Below, piece by piece: positions 21,001-31,500 of a stretch of DNA of 64,000 nucleotides. Position numbers and translations under genes: made by a program. Within the stretch, counting starts at the first letter, position 1. Each line of letters starts with the position of its first letter. The notes beneath the pieces were generated by a model that worked only from the letters and a program-made list of their open reading frames with translations, was not told the DNA's origin and searched no databases. The stretch is from Corallochytrium limacisporum Hawaii (Eukaryota; Protista; Pluriformea), in NCBI GenBank assembly GCA_002811645.1, contig PDIP01000082.1, positions 11,305-75,304 of the forward strand. Direction: 5' to 3'.

Positions 21001-24000
21001 ATGACGTCCACTGGCCGTATATTGCTCACCATCAGCCTAGTGGGCGTCAGCCTGGCAGCAATATATTATGCCCGGGAATTGCAGAGAGGCCGCTCGGACT
21101 TTTTCCGTAAGGAACTTCGTAAACAGTCGATAAGGGAGAAGCAGAGCCGCTCACGGTCAGCGTCTCCGACTGGCCGGGTGTTTAGATCAGTAAACCCCAC
21201 CAAACTGGACACAGGAGGTCTCCGGTCGTCCCTAAACCGGTCTCCATGGTCTATGTGCAGTGAATTCGAGCACTCCATGACACCTGAATCAAACTCTGCA
21301 CCGGATGTATCCATCGATTCCATTAAGGGAGAGCTGACACCTATGCAGGTACGTCAAGTGAGTCCTGCTGTAGAGGAATTGTCAGAGACAGAAATGCTTG
21401 GCAAGAGTGGTACGCCAGTACACGGCAGGCAGGACGCAAAGACTGCGTTTGGGTCTGAGGAGGACGATGAATTTTTGAGACTGGTTCGAAGCAGTATGGC
21501 AGCCATTGGTGTCAAAACTGATGCTTTCAGAGGAATTGGAGAAGAGAAATGTACTAGGAGGAGTAATTTGAGTGCATATTCATCATCAACATCACCGAAT
21601 TCGCCTCAGTTGACGTCTATTCTGAAGCAAGGACCTAGTATTAACCAAAGCCGTGTGCACTTTGACTTTGAAGAGTCAACTAGTGAGGATACTATTTCCA
21701 TGGAGAGAAGGTCCGCTGGAGTACTCCAGCACTCGGCAGACGCTGTGGAGGAGACGAAGACAGGCTTAGACAGCTCTTTCGCTGACCTTTCAGGATCCCT
21801 GGAAGCTGTACAGTCTCTGGAATCCCTCCACTCTACAGTGGGTGACACAGTGGTCGAGGGCAGTGATTTGGTCCCCACAATTCCAAGCTACCAAGCAAAT
21901 CCAATGTGCCAATCACCACTAGTTGCCATAAATCTAGAAGAGGGTCACAGCCATGAAAAGCTCGATGTCATTGTCCACCAAATCAATTGCTTTAGTAGTG
22001 GAGTAGTGGAGACACAACCGTGCGATCCCGCTAATGGTGCGCACATTCAGCCTGGATTCAAATCTTCGAAGGAGGAAGCAGTTTCAAGTATCAGTAGATG
22101 GTCTGTGTTAACAGAAGGTGGCATTCAAAAATCTGCCGGGTCTATCAACCGGAAGAGCTGCCTAGTCGTGTCTCAAGGTGATGGGCGCGATCCGCGGGAG
22201 TTTCCGGTGCAAGAAGGGCGGGCCGAAATGTGCCGTGGAGAAACCAACGAAGAAGACGCAGTAGCCAACAAATACACAACGGTGGAACAGCTCTTGATCA
22301 ACGGCAAGCCAGTTGGACCAGAAATTTGTGAGGATCCTGTGGTAATAGACGTGGAGCGTCTTCAGTCACAACACTTCCAGATCCACCAAAACAAGTTGGC
22401 AGACTCGCCGGAATCGCGATCCGAAAGTCCTACTGCATGGGACAAGCGAAGTGTTCTGAGCGGTACGGATCAATTTCATACCCCTGCTAGCTCGATCTTT
22501 GCTTCCCCAATGGTCTTAACCCCACGGGATGACGCCATATTCTCTGGACAACATGTAATGCCCGCTAATGGGCGATCAGTGCAGTCATCGGCAGCCGGCT
22601 TGAGTGCTGAGCAGCAGGCGGATGGAGTAGCTGGTGTAACGAAGGACAAATCGAATTTTCCTAAGTCTTTGGCTGCGGAATCAGTTAGAACTATGGCTAC
22701 ATCAGTTCATTCCATAACTTCTTTAGCTGTCCGTGATGCAGAATTGTCCATTCGGGAGCAGTTGGAACAGAGTCAATATTCACCTGGTGGTGACAGCGAC
22801 TGGGAAACTGTCACAACTCCCGGCAGCCACAGAGCCTTGGCAACAGAAAGTCCTGAGAAACCTCCTGACAGGGGAATTATTCTGCATGAATCCCCGATCC
22901 CGCTTGCTCAACAGCCGAGTTTGGCTAAACTGCGAAAACGTACCCGTACGAATGTAGGCGGCCTCGCCAGCGGAATGAATCTGCGGGACAATGCAACAAA
23001 TACGGAAGAGCCTCATGAAGGTGCCCACGAGGATGAAGTCACACAGACAGCCACTGATCTTGGTCTACCAATGGTTACGAGTGAGGTGGATAAGAGTGCT
23101 GGACAGGATGCAGTCACTGATACTAAATCGCCTGAAAAGAAGGTTTTGGCTGACGATGGACGCGGTGTTGAGCATGGTCGAAGCAGCGTCAGTGCACACC
23201 TAACCAGCTCTAGAGTACAGACAGCGATGCGCGCTGCATTTCTGACTCAAGACCTGCTGAGAAAAGCCGACGAAGCAGACCAAATCCTTGCCCGCTCTCA
23301 CAGCTTGCAGGATCTAAACAAAGAGACGCTCATGAGCATTCCCAAACTTACCCTTACGTACGGAGCATCAATTCGGGCTCTGACAACAGCCTGGAACTTC
23401 GTCCATAGTTTCAAGGGCAATGGAGGTCAACGACCGCTAAGCCAGGAACGAGTACTGCGTATTTTGGGATTTAAACCACCATATGGTGACATTCCATTCC
23501 AGCGCTTCATCGGCAACTCCACAATCCTGCAGTGGTGTACACAGCTCTCCAAACATCCCACGCATCGCAATCATGCCTTGAGTCTGGTGGCATCGTATGC
23601 GTGGAAACCAGCGCAGTATACTGGCATCCAACCGGAGTTTGGCCAAGAGTTTGAGACCCTGAGGCATCACATTGAGGATCCCGAGGCTGTTGTGATATAC
23701 CGCGCCTACAAAACCTATCTGGTCGCAGTGGGGACGTCCCGGAATGCTAAAGGTGAGGGTTTGATCGTCTTTGCCGACTGCAGTCGTCGTCGCCTGCGGC
23801 CTCTGCTCGAGGTCAGCGTAATGGACTTGCGTTTGGATTTGGAAACTAAACTGCCGATGGTGCGTGACATTCGCAACATGGCACGTGGCGTGTTCAAGGA
23901 CGACAGCAATACTGACAATGACTCCCCGCACTGCCTCTTTTTACTGAGAAAGGGACTTCCTGATGAGCTCGTCGGTACTGATGAAGACGAGGACATCATG

Positions 24001-24198
24001 CTCGTGGACCAACATAGTGCCCCACTGACTTCTCCACACACCTCTCCCGGAGACTCTCCATCCCGGAGGTCAGACAACCATACCCTTACCCCGCCGAGAA
24101 GCTCCCCGACATCGCCTGCGATGTGGGCACAGGCTCAGGACTTGTCGCTCCAACGCGCACACCACTCACCTCATCACAAGCCCAACACGATGAAATAG
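21001..24198 (+). CDS. Uncharacterised protein: N-terminal signal-anchor, long Ser/acidic disordered region, compact C-terminal domain
   Basis: Over 1000 open codons (first ATG at 21001). ILLTISLVGVSLAAIYY followed by basic residues. Globular-looking segment at about 23230-23960 that I do not recognise. Confidence 0.75.
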   Translation: MTSTGRILLTISLVGVSLAAIYYARELQRGRSDFFRKELRKQSIREKQSRSRSASPTGRVFRSVNPTKLDTGGLRSSLNRSPWSMCSEFEHSMTPESNSAPDVSIDSIKGELTPMQVRQVSPAVEELSETEMLGKSGTPVHGRQDAKTAFGSEEDDEFLRLVRSSMAAIGVKTDAFRGIGEEKCTRRSNLSAYSSSTSPNSPQLTSILKQGPSINQSRVHFDFEESTSEDTISMERRSAGVLQHSADAVEETKTGLDSSFADLSGSLEAVQSLESLHSTVGDTVVEGSDLVPTIPSYQANPMCQSPLVAINLEEGHSHEKLDVIVHQINCFSSGVVETQPCDPANGAHIQPGFKSSKEEAVSSISRWSVLTEGGIQKSAGSINRKSCLVVSQGDGRDPREFPVQEGRAEMCRGETNEEDAVANKYTTVEQLLINGKPVGPEICEDPVVIDVERLQSQHFQIHQNKLADSPESRSESPTAWDKRSVLSGTDQFHTPASSIFASPMVLTPRDDAIFSGQHVMPANGRSVQSSAAGLSAEQQADGVAGVTKDKSNFPKSLAAESVRTMATSVHSITSLAVRDAELSIREQLEQSQYSPGGDSDWETVTTPGSHRALATESPEKPPDRGIILHESPIPLAQQPSLAKLRKRTRTNVGGLASGMNLRDNATNTEEPHEGAHEDEVTQTATDLGLPMVTSEVDKSAGQDAVTDTKSPEKKVLADDGRGVEHGRSSVSAHLTSSRVQTAMRAAFLTQDLLRKADEADQILARSHSLQDLNKETLMSIPKLTLTYGASIRALTTAWNFVHSFKGNGGQRPLSQERVLRILGFKPPYGDIPFQRFIGNSTILQWCTQLSKHPTHRNHALSLVASYAWKPAQYTGIQPEFGQEFETLRHHIEDPEAVVIYRAYKTYLVAVGTSRNAKGEGLIVFADCSRRRLRPLLEVSVMDLRLDLETKLPMVRDIRNMARGVFKDDSNTDNDSPHCLFLLRKGLPDELVGTDEDEDIMLVDQHSAPLTSPHTSPGDSPSRRSDNHTLTPPRSSPTSPAMWAQAQDLSLQRAHHSPHHKPNTMK

Positions 24199-24904
24199 TG
24201 CGATCCTGAACTTCTGCCGCATGTTGGAAACACATAAATGCGTATGTACCATAGACTATCATCGTTAGATTATTTCGCCTTTCGCATCAAAGGGGCGCAC
24301 ACAAAGTGGTTTCATCCATCGCGTGGTTTAGGCTGGCTGGATAGCCTGGAGTGTTCTCCCGTTTCGGTACCGGCAGTGGGGGAGAGGGGAGAGTGAGCAG
24401 GGGCTTTATATGAAACCGGTCCCCAAGGCTGGTTGGCAGAAAGTGCGCGCTTTCGAAAATTTCGGAAGATCGATGGAGACACAAGAGGGAAGTGGAGAAA
24501 GGAAGGGAAGAGAGAGGCTCTTGTGCCAAACGGGCCCGCCCACCCCCCCCCCGGGGGGGGCCGTGTGTGCATTGGGACCTTGGAGCGCCCGGGGATGACC
24601 CACGAAGGGAGGGGGAGGGTTCCTGAATGAACTTGTCGCACATGCGCGGTGGGTCTCAGACTTAAGTCTGACTTCGCCATCCCCCACAGAAATGACATAG
24701 AGGGTGTTTAAGGCTTGACAATCTATCATATGCAAACACAGAGATACGGACTGTAGCCATTGACTTTCTCAAATTCGGGCATTAGCACTAAGTCCCGCTC
24801 AGTACTCGTTTATTCGCACTTAACTATGGTCCAAAAAACTATCACACAATGATACCCATTGAGACGATCTAGTTGTCAAAATATTGGTTGACCTTCTTTT
24901 CAAT

Positions 24905-27337
24905 ATGTCAGCAGGTACAGTACTGACAGCAAAGAGTGGTAACAGCAGCAAGCAGGCTGCAGTTGATCAGGAACTGCGCAGTGGGAGCAGTATCCTGGGA
25001 AGACGACTCGACTTGGTTAAAGCAACGTACACTGATTCATTCCTCGACGACCTGCGAGCACGTTACAAACCCATTAATCCAAACCATGTTAAAGCAGAAG
25101 TAATGTCTAGAAAACGCAGGATCAGTAATGGTGGAAGCAGTGCGAATGGGCAGGGTGTAGCTAATGGGAACGCACGCACCACCAGCAATAGTGCCGCAAT
25201 TGACGTACTCAACATGAACGGAGCTATGGCAAATAGTACAGGAACAAAAAAACAGAAGTTAACGACATCGTATGGGGTTGAAGGACTAGGATCAACGTCA
25301 TTTGTGCCCCTCAATTGGACTCGCAGCACAACAATTGGGGCATCGTTGCACAATCTTGGAAACACATGCTTCATGAATGCTGTGCTCCAGTGTCTCACTT
25401 ACACGCCACCATTAGCGGAAATGGGCCGCTCTAGCCTGCATCGGCGAAAGCCTCCGGGCTGTCAGTATACAAAGAAGCATGGGTCTGCCGTGCAGGAGAT
25501 CGTGCGCCAACGCAGCAAGCATCAGAACGATGCTAGCCGGCAGGATTTACGCACGTTCTGCATGCTCTGTGAGTTGGAGCGCCACATTGGGAGGGCCCTG
25601 GATGGCCACAAGGTGGCACTTAAGCCAATGAACATTATTTCAAGACTGAAAAGCATAGCGAAGCACTTTAAACTGGGACGGCAGGAAGATGCACACGAGT
25701 TTTTGGGATATGTTCTTGATCGTGCACACAATGCCTGCCATGGGGGAGAACACAAGGTGAAAGACATGCCTTTGAGTATGAAGCGGCAGAGTGTGGTTTA
25801 CCAATTGTTCAGTGGTATCATAGAGAGTCGTGTGGACTGTCTGAGCTGCAAATATCGGTCTGCCACAAAGCAAGTTTTCCTTGATCTCGCCGTTGACCTG
25901 AAGACAGGCAACCTGGTTGACTGCCTCCGGCAGATGATGGTGCCAGAGATCTTAGAGAAGAGCAACAGCTATCGCTGTGACAACTGTAAGAAGTTGGTGA
26001 GGGCCGCCAAAGGATTTGCGGTTTTGGAACCACCGCAGATCCTCATTTTCCACCTCAAACGTTTCAATCCCTTCGGCGGCAAAGTCAATCGCCACGTGTC
26101 CTTCCCCATGAGTGGACTTAATCTGAACTTCATGCTGGACGTCAACGTACCATCACCGATCAAAGCCAAGAAACAAGGGCACACTGGCCCGGGACCCATT
26201 TATGAGCTCTATGGCGTCATTGTCCACGAGGGCGGTAGTGTACACTCCGGACACTACTATGCGTATGTCAAAAACAGCAATGGGCATTGGTATTGCATGG
26301 ACGACACAACGGTAACACGTGTGAATGAAAGCACGGTCAGACGGGCTTCGGCATATCTCTTGTTCTACCGCGCAACAACAAGGTTATCATCCACAATCGC
26401 TCAGCATGGAGACGCAAAGATGAAGAAGACACCGGAACATCAACAACCGACATCCAAGAAAGAGAAGCATGGCCCCGCAGAGTCCCTCATGAAGACTGCC
26501 ACGAGTGCGGCATCGGCACTAATTGATGCAGCTGTAAAAGCCAGCTCAATGATCTTACCAAATATTTCTTCGAGCTCTGGGAACAATTCCACCAACTCTT
26601 CGCCAGTGAAAAAGGCCATGGAGAATGGTCATGTAGTCGATCACAATGGCGACAACAATGATGACGAAGAGCACATCTTTGCCTACAACGCTACTGGGCG
26701 ATGGGAAGTGCACGCAGATAGCGCGAAGCTACAGAAGGTTGCCACCAGTCCACCGACTCTGGCATCTGCTACAGCAAGTGTGGATGACATGTCTTCCTCT
26801 GGTTTCAAACTCGATCTGAAGATGAAGAATGGTGATGTTCGCGGGAAGCAGAAGGGCAAAATCAAGAAGAAGAAGAGGTTGGAGGGAGTTCCTGTGCGCA
26901 CAAAGTTCACTCCTGCAGCGGCCAAAGCACTCGGAAAAGCGCAGAATGAGGTGCACACCTGGGATAACCAGCAATCCAGTACACTGAGGGACCCATCTCG
27001 TAGCGCGGACACTGTATTAGGCTACCGATTGACCGAAGACGATGCCATGTACGATGCTGGTCGTGTAAAGAAGGTTAAGGCCACAAAGCCTAGTCGGCTG
27101 GACGTGTATACTTCCATCAAGGAGAGCAGTAGCGGCAATGTGTTTGACCGCGCCTCCAAGAATCTTAAGAAGCGGCGTGAGCATGAAATGGACGACGCCA
27201 ATGTAAATGCTCGTGGTCATCGGGGCTTTGGTGATCGCAAAAGCCATCGTAGCGGAGGTCGTGGAGGCCATCGTAGCGGTGAACATGCGGCCCGTGGTCA
27301 CCGTAGTGGACAACGAGGCCGTGGTCGCTTCGGTTAA
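24905..27337 (+). CDS. USP36: Ubiquitin-specific protease of the USP36/USP42 (nucleolar) group
   Basis: Cys box LHNLGNTCFMNAVLQCLTYTPPL, FCMLC, QEDAHEFL, His box HEGGSVHSGHYYAYVK; C-terminal YDAGRVKKVK as in USP36-type tails; RG-rich end. Confidence 0.85.
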   Translation: MSAGTVLTAKSGNSSKQAAVDQELRSGSSILGRRLDLVKATYTDSFLDDLRARYKPINPNHVKAEVMSRKRRISNGGSSANGQGVANGNARTTSNSAAIDVLNMNGAMANSTGTKKQKLTTSYGVEGLGSTSFVPLNWTRSTTIGASLHNLGNTCFMNAVLQCLTYTPPLAEMGRSSLHRRKPPGCQYTKKHGSAVQEIVRQRSKHQNDASRQDLRTFCMLCELERHIGRALDGHKVALKPMNIISRLKSIAKHFKLGRQEDAHEFLGYVLDRAHNACHGGEHKVKDMPLSMKRQSVVYQLFSGIIESRVDCLSCKYRSATKQVFLDLAVDLKTGNLVDCLRQMMVPEILEKSNSYRCDNCKKLVRAAKGFAVLEPPQILIFHLKRFNPFGGKVNRHVSFPMSGLNLNFMLDVNVPSPIKAKKQGHTGPGPIYELYGVIVHEGGSVHSGHYYAYVKNSNGHWYCMDDTTVTRVNESTVRRASAYLLFYRATTRLSSTIAQHGDAKMKKTPEHQQPTSKKEKHGPAESLMKTATSAASALIDAAVKASSMILPNISSSSGNNSTNSSPVKKAMENGHVVDHNGDNNDDEEHIFAYNATGRWEVHADSAKLQKVATSPPTLASATASVDDMSSSGFKLDLKMKNGDVRGKQKGKIKKKKRLEGVPVRTKFTPAAAKALGKAQNEVHTWDNQQSSTLRDPSRSADTVLGYRLTEDDAMYDAGRVKKVKATKPSRLDVYTSIKESSSGNVFDRASKNLKKRREHEMDDANVNARGHRGFGDRKSHRSGGRGGHRSGEHAARGHRSGQRGRGRFG

Positions 27338-27420
27338 GATCATATTTCATTCCATTTGTAGTTGAATATCTATAATGTATACGTTTTCTTTAATTCTTGT
27401 TCGTTGCCATTAGTATACAC

Positions 27421-27945
27421 TTAACGACCCATCTGATGGCTAAGGTCCAAGAGTAGTCCAGCCATCATGCTCCCGCGATTGCTAGCCGCTCCAAGCCAGC
27501 GCTTGCTTAACGGACGATTGCGGTCACACCTACCGTAGCCATTGTGGTACATACGCGCCAGGAGTACCATCGAATTGATATTTTGATGTTTTATTGCATC
27601 CTTTCGCACTTCCTCGCTTACCCGGCGTTCAAATTCACGGACGGCATGTGCCAGTGGGATTCTAGTTCCTTCAGATGGAGAATCTGCTGCACTGTCCTTA
27701 CCTCCATGCTTTGGTTTTGATTTCACCTTCGACTTTGCTTTCGAAGGCACGATACGCAACGGCGGGGTCTTCATCGCCATTTCTAAATGCCGGCTGTGAG
27801 ACAGGTATGCTGCCAACATGGCCAGTTTTGCCTCATTCATTTGATAGTACTTACTGTATACTGCCATTTCTCTTCTTACTGTTGTCACTTTATGACGCCA
27901 AGGACGGAGTCCCAACACCCTTTGCGTCATACTGTGAACATTCAT
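27421..27945 (-). CDS. Small Sel1-like repeat protein
   Basis: SMVLLARMYHNGYGRCDRNRPLSKRWLGAASNRGSMMA fits one Sel1 repeat. True start may be a downstream ATG. Confidence 0.65.
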   Translation of the reverse strand: MNVHSMTQRVLGLRPWRHKVTTVRREMAVYSKYYQMNEAKLAMLAAYLSHSRHLEMAMKTPPLRIVPSKAKSKVKSKPKHGGKDSAADSPSEGTRIPLAHAVREFERRVSEEVRKDAIKHQNINSMVLLARMYHNGYGRCDRNRPLSKRWLGAASNRGSMMAGLLLDLSHQMGR

Positions 27946-28549
27946 TGCTCTAGATCAAATTTCCCGTACGTATCATTGCGTCCCCATATAATGGATCCGA
28001 AAGGTCACACGAGCTCATTCCTGCGCACACCTCAAGCATTCTCCGAAGCTGTCGGATATACTTGATCACACGACTGAAGTACGTCTTCCAAATTTTCGAA
28101 TGTTGTTATCGGTTGAATTTCCTCCGGAAACAAGGACCGCTTTGTGCGGTAGGGCCGCGAACGTGCCTCCAGTTCGCGCTCTCATCTCCGCCCGCAGCTT
28201 TGTCTGCCTCCTTCCCCCTCTCCCCCTTCCCCGCTCTCCCACATCTCTCCCTTTTACTTAGTCGTTCGACTGTGAGCGGTTCCGGTACACGCATGTCGGT
28301 GTGTGAGAACCCCGGCACTCCTCTACGGGCCGAGGTGCCGGGGAGTCGAGCTTAGGAATGTCTTGGCCAAAATCTCGTGGCTCACTGTCCGTAGCGGAAG
28401 GGTTAGACGAATCCTGAAGTGCAGTTACTTGAGCCGAAATATTTCCTGTATAAAACGTGACATTATAAGATTGACTGAAACTGCGTTATCCGAAGAAGCT
28501 ATGGGTTACTACGCAGGTTACCGTTTTAAGAGGACGTAGTGCTTGCACC

Positions 28550-31500
28550 ATGAAGACGAGGTTCTCAAATTTGGACCTTCGGGCGATTTTGCCTGAACTA
28601 CGGTCACGATTGAATGGGTTGCGTCTGGCAAACGTCTACGACCAAAATGACAGAACATACCTCTTCAAGTTTTCTGGACAGGAGGGTCATAAGGAGCACT
28701 TGATCATTGAGAGTGGTCTTAGGATCCACCTGACACAGTACAGTCGTGATACAGGACAGATGCCAAATGCATTTAGCATGAAGTTACGCAAACATTTGCG
28801 GACATTACGTATCAATGACATTGAACAATTGGGTGTAGATCGTGCTATCGACATGTGCTTCGGGTATGGTGACAAAACATTCCATCTGATCATCGAGTTC
28901 TACGCAGCTGGCAACGTAATTCTCACCGACGGCGGGTATGTGATTTTAGCTCTACTGCGTACCCACAAAGCCAGCGGCGGTGAAGACGGCAATAACACGC
29001 ATGCTACATACGCTGTGCGCGAGGTATACCCGTTCAGTACAGCGAGAGTCAGCGATGATGTTGACTATGTTGCATTAGCGACGAGCGGAGAGGCCTTGCT
29101 GAGTGCTCCTGTGCAAGAGGGAGGCACGGACAAGAAGAGGAAGAAGAAAGGGCAATCCAATACGCTCAAGCGCTGGTTAACGATGGAGACAGAATTGGGT
29201 GCTGCGTTGGTGGAGGACGCATTAGTTCGGTCGGGTATTGATGCCAGTATGGATGCTGTCGACTTTATTCGTCAGAATCAGGGTGGTGTCCAAGGAGCCA
29301 TAGAGACCCTGAAGCCGTCCATCTCATGGGCTCTTGAACGCTTGCGGCAAGTTGATTTGCAGATCAGCAAAGGTTACATCTATTGTATACCTGCGCCTGT
29401 CCATGCTAGTGATGGCCCTCAGGAAGTGTACGAAGACTATGAGCCCATTGATCTCCAACAGAACACGGGAATGATCTGTAAGGACTTTGACACATTCAAT
29501 GCCGCAGTTGACGAGTTCTACTCCAAGCTAGAGGCACAGCGCAGTGATCTTAAGGCCATGCAGCAGGAATTGAACGTACAAAAGCGATTGGAGAGGCAGA
29601 AGGAGAAGTTACAGGAGAATCTGGACGAGTTCCAGAAGCACCAAGACGACAACCGTGTGAAGGCCACTATGCTTGAAGAAAACATTGATATTGCAGAAAA
29701 GGCACAATTGGTTATCAACTCCTTCATTGCTAATGGTATGAGCTGGAGCGAAATTGATCGGATGCTCCAGGAAGCAAAGGCCAAAGGAGACCCTACCGCT
29801 TCCTATATTCACGCCCTAAAGCTTGAGATGAACACGATCACTTTGCGTTTCCAGTTAGGAAACAATAACAGTGAGGACAGTATGAGTGACAATGATGAAG
29901 AGGAGAATGAGATTAGTGACGAGGACGAAGCACAAGCCAATTCAACGGTAGGACAATCAATACCGGAGGCTCAAGACGCATATATCAGCAGTGCAGACCG
30001 CAAGAAAATGGCCAAGAGGACACAAAGGCAGAATCAGAGTGCTAAGCGAGGGAACAAGCGAAGCAACAAGCTCAGTGCTCAAGAGCAGTTGCGGCAGCAG
30101 GGTATTGTGTTGGTAGACTTGGACCTTGGTCAAACCGTGTATGCAAACATCCGACGATATCATGATATGAAGAAAGTGGCTAGGAAGAAAGAGGAAAAGG
30201 CCCAAGATGCAACGGAGCAGGCTATGAAAAACGCGGAGAAGAAAGCCATGCAGGCATTGAAGGAAGTAAAGACTTCCAATGCTGTGCAGAAAATGCGCAA
30301 ACCTTTCTGGTTTGAAAAATTCTTGTGGTTTATTTCCAGTGACAACTACACTGTGGTTGCCGGCCGCGATGCGCAACAGAACGAGTTGCTAGTCAAGCGC
30401 TACCTGACCAAAACTGATGTATACGTCCATGCCGACATTCACGGTGCCACAAGTGTGGTCATTAAGAACCGGGTCACAGCCGGTGATGCCACCCCAGAGG
30501 AGCTACGTATCCCACCACGTACCCTCTACGAAGCGGGAACGATGGCCATGTGCCACTCTAGCGCATGGGATTCCAAAATTGTAACCTCAGCATATTGGGT
30601 GTACAGCCATCAAGTGAGCAAGACTGCCCCGTCAGGCGAATATGTGTCGACGGGAAGCTTTGTGATTCGTGGAAGAAAGAACTACCTTCCCCCATCCCAG
30701 CTCATCATGGGATACACTCTACTATTCCGCGTAGACGACACATGCATTGCTCGCCATTTAGGTGAGCGTAACGCCAAGGGTGTGGAGACCGAAAGTGAGA
30801 TTAGTAGCGCCCCCACAAACCCGGACCAGGACATAACTCACGAGGCTGTGGAATCTATGGATTCTGTACATGGTGACGGACATGGTACAGATGACGAAGA
30901 GCTCGGGGATCCTGCTGTGCTAGAAAATGGGATAGCCGATGATGAAGACAATAATGAGGACTCAGACTCCGACATTGAACTACCGGATACAGACCTGCGC
31001 ATGCAGCCTATTCTTGCGACGTCGACCCAACGGCAGGACGCTGACACAGATATCTTAGGGGAGACCTCTGCACAGGCCACAAAGTCAGTCTTTGATAAGT
31101 ATAACCTGTCCGAACAAGCTGATCACAATGAGGAAGATGATCATGATGAGCTTCCAGAAGCTCTTGCTCAACACATGAAGCTCGCGAAAGACACGGACAG
31201 CGGTGATGCGGAAGTAAACACCAAGAAGGGAGGCTATATCACCGCCAAACAGAGACGACTGATCAAGAAATACGGGCCCCAAGCTCTGGAAAATGAAGCA
31301 GAGCTCATGGCTAAAATGGACGAGGAGGAGGAGGCTGATACTGTTCATGTCACGCGCGGTATGGAAGTTGGACAGAAGAAGGCTACACTACCTCCACCGC
31401 CGCTCAAACGGGGTCAAAAGGGCAAGAGGAAGAAGATGATGGAAAAGTACAAGGACCAGGACGAAGAAGATCGCCGTCTGCGCATGCAGTTACTGAACCC

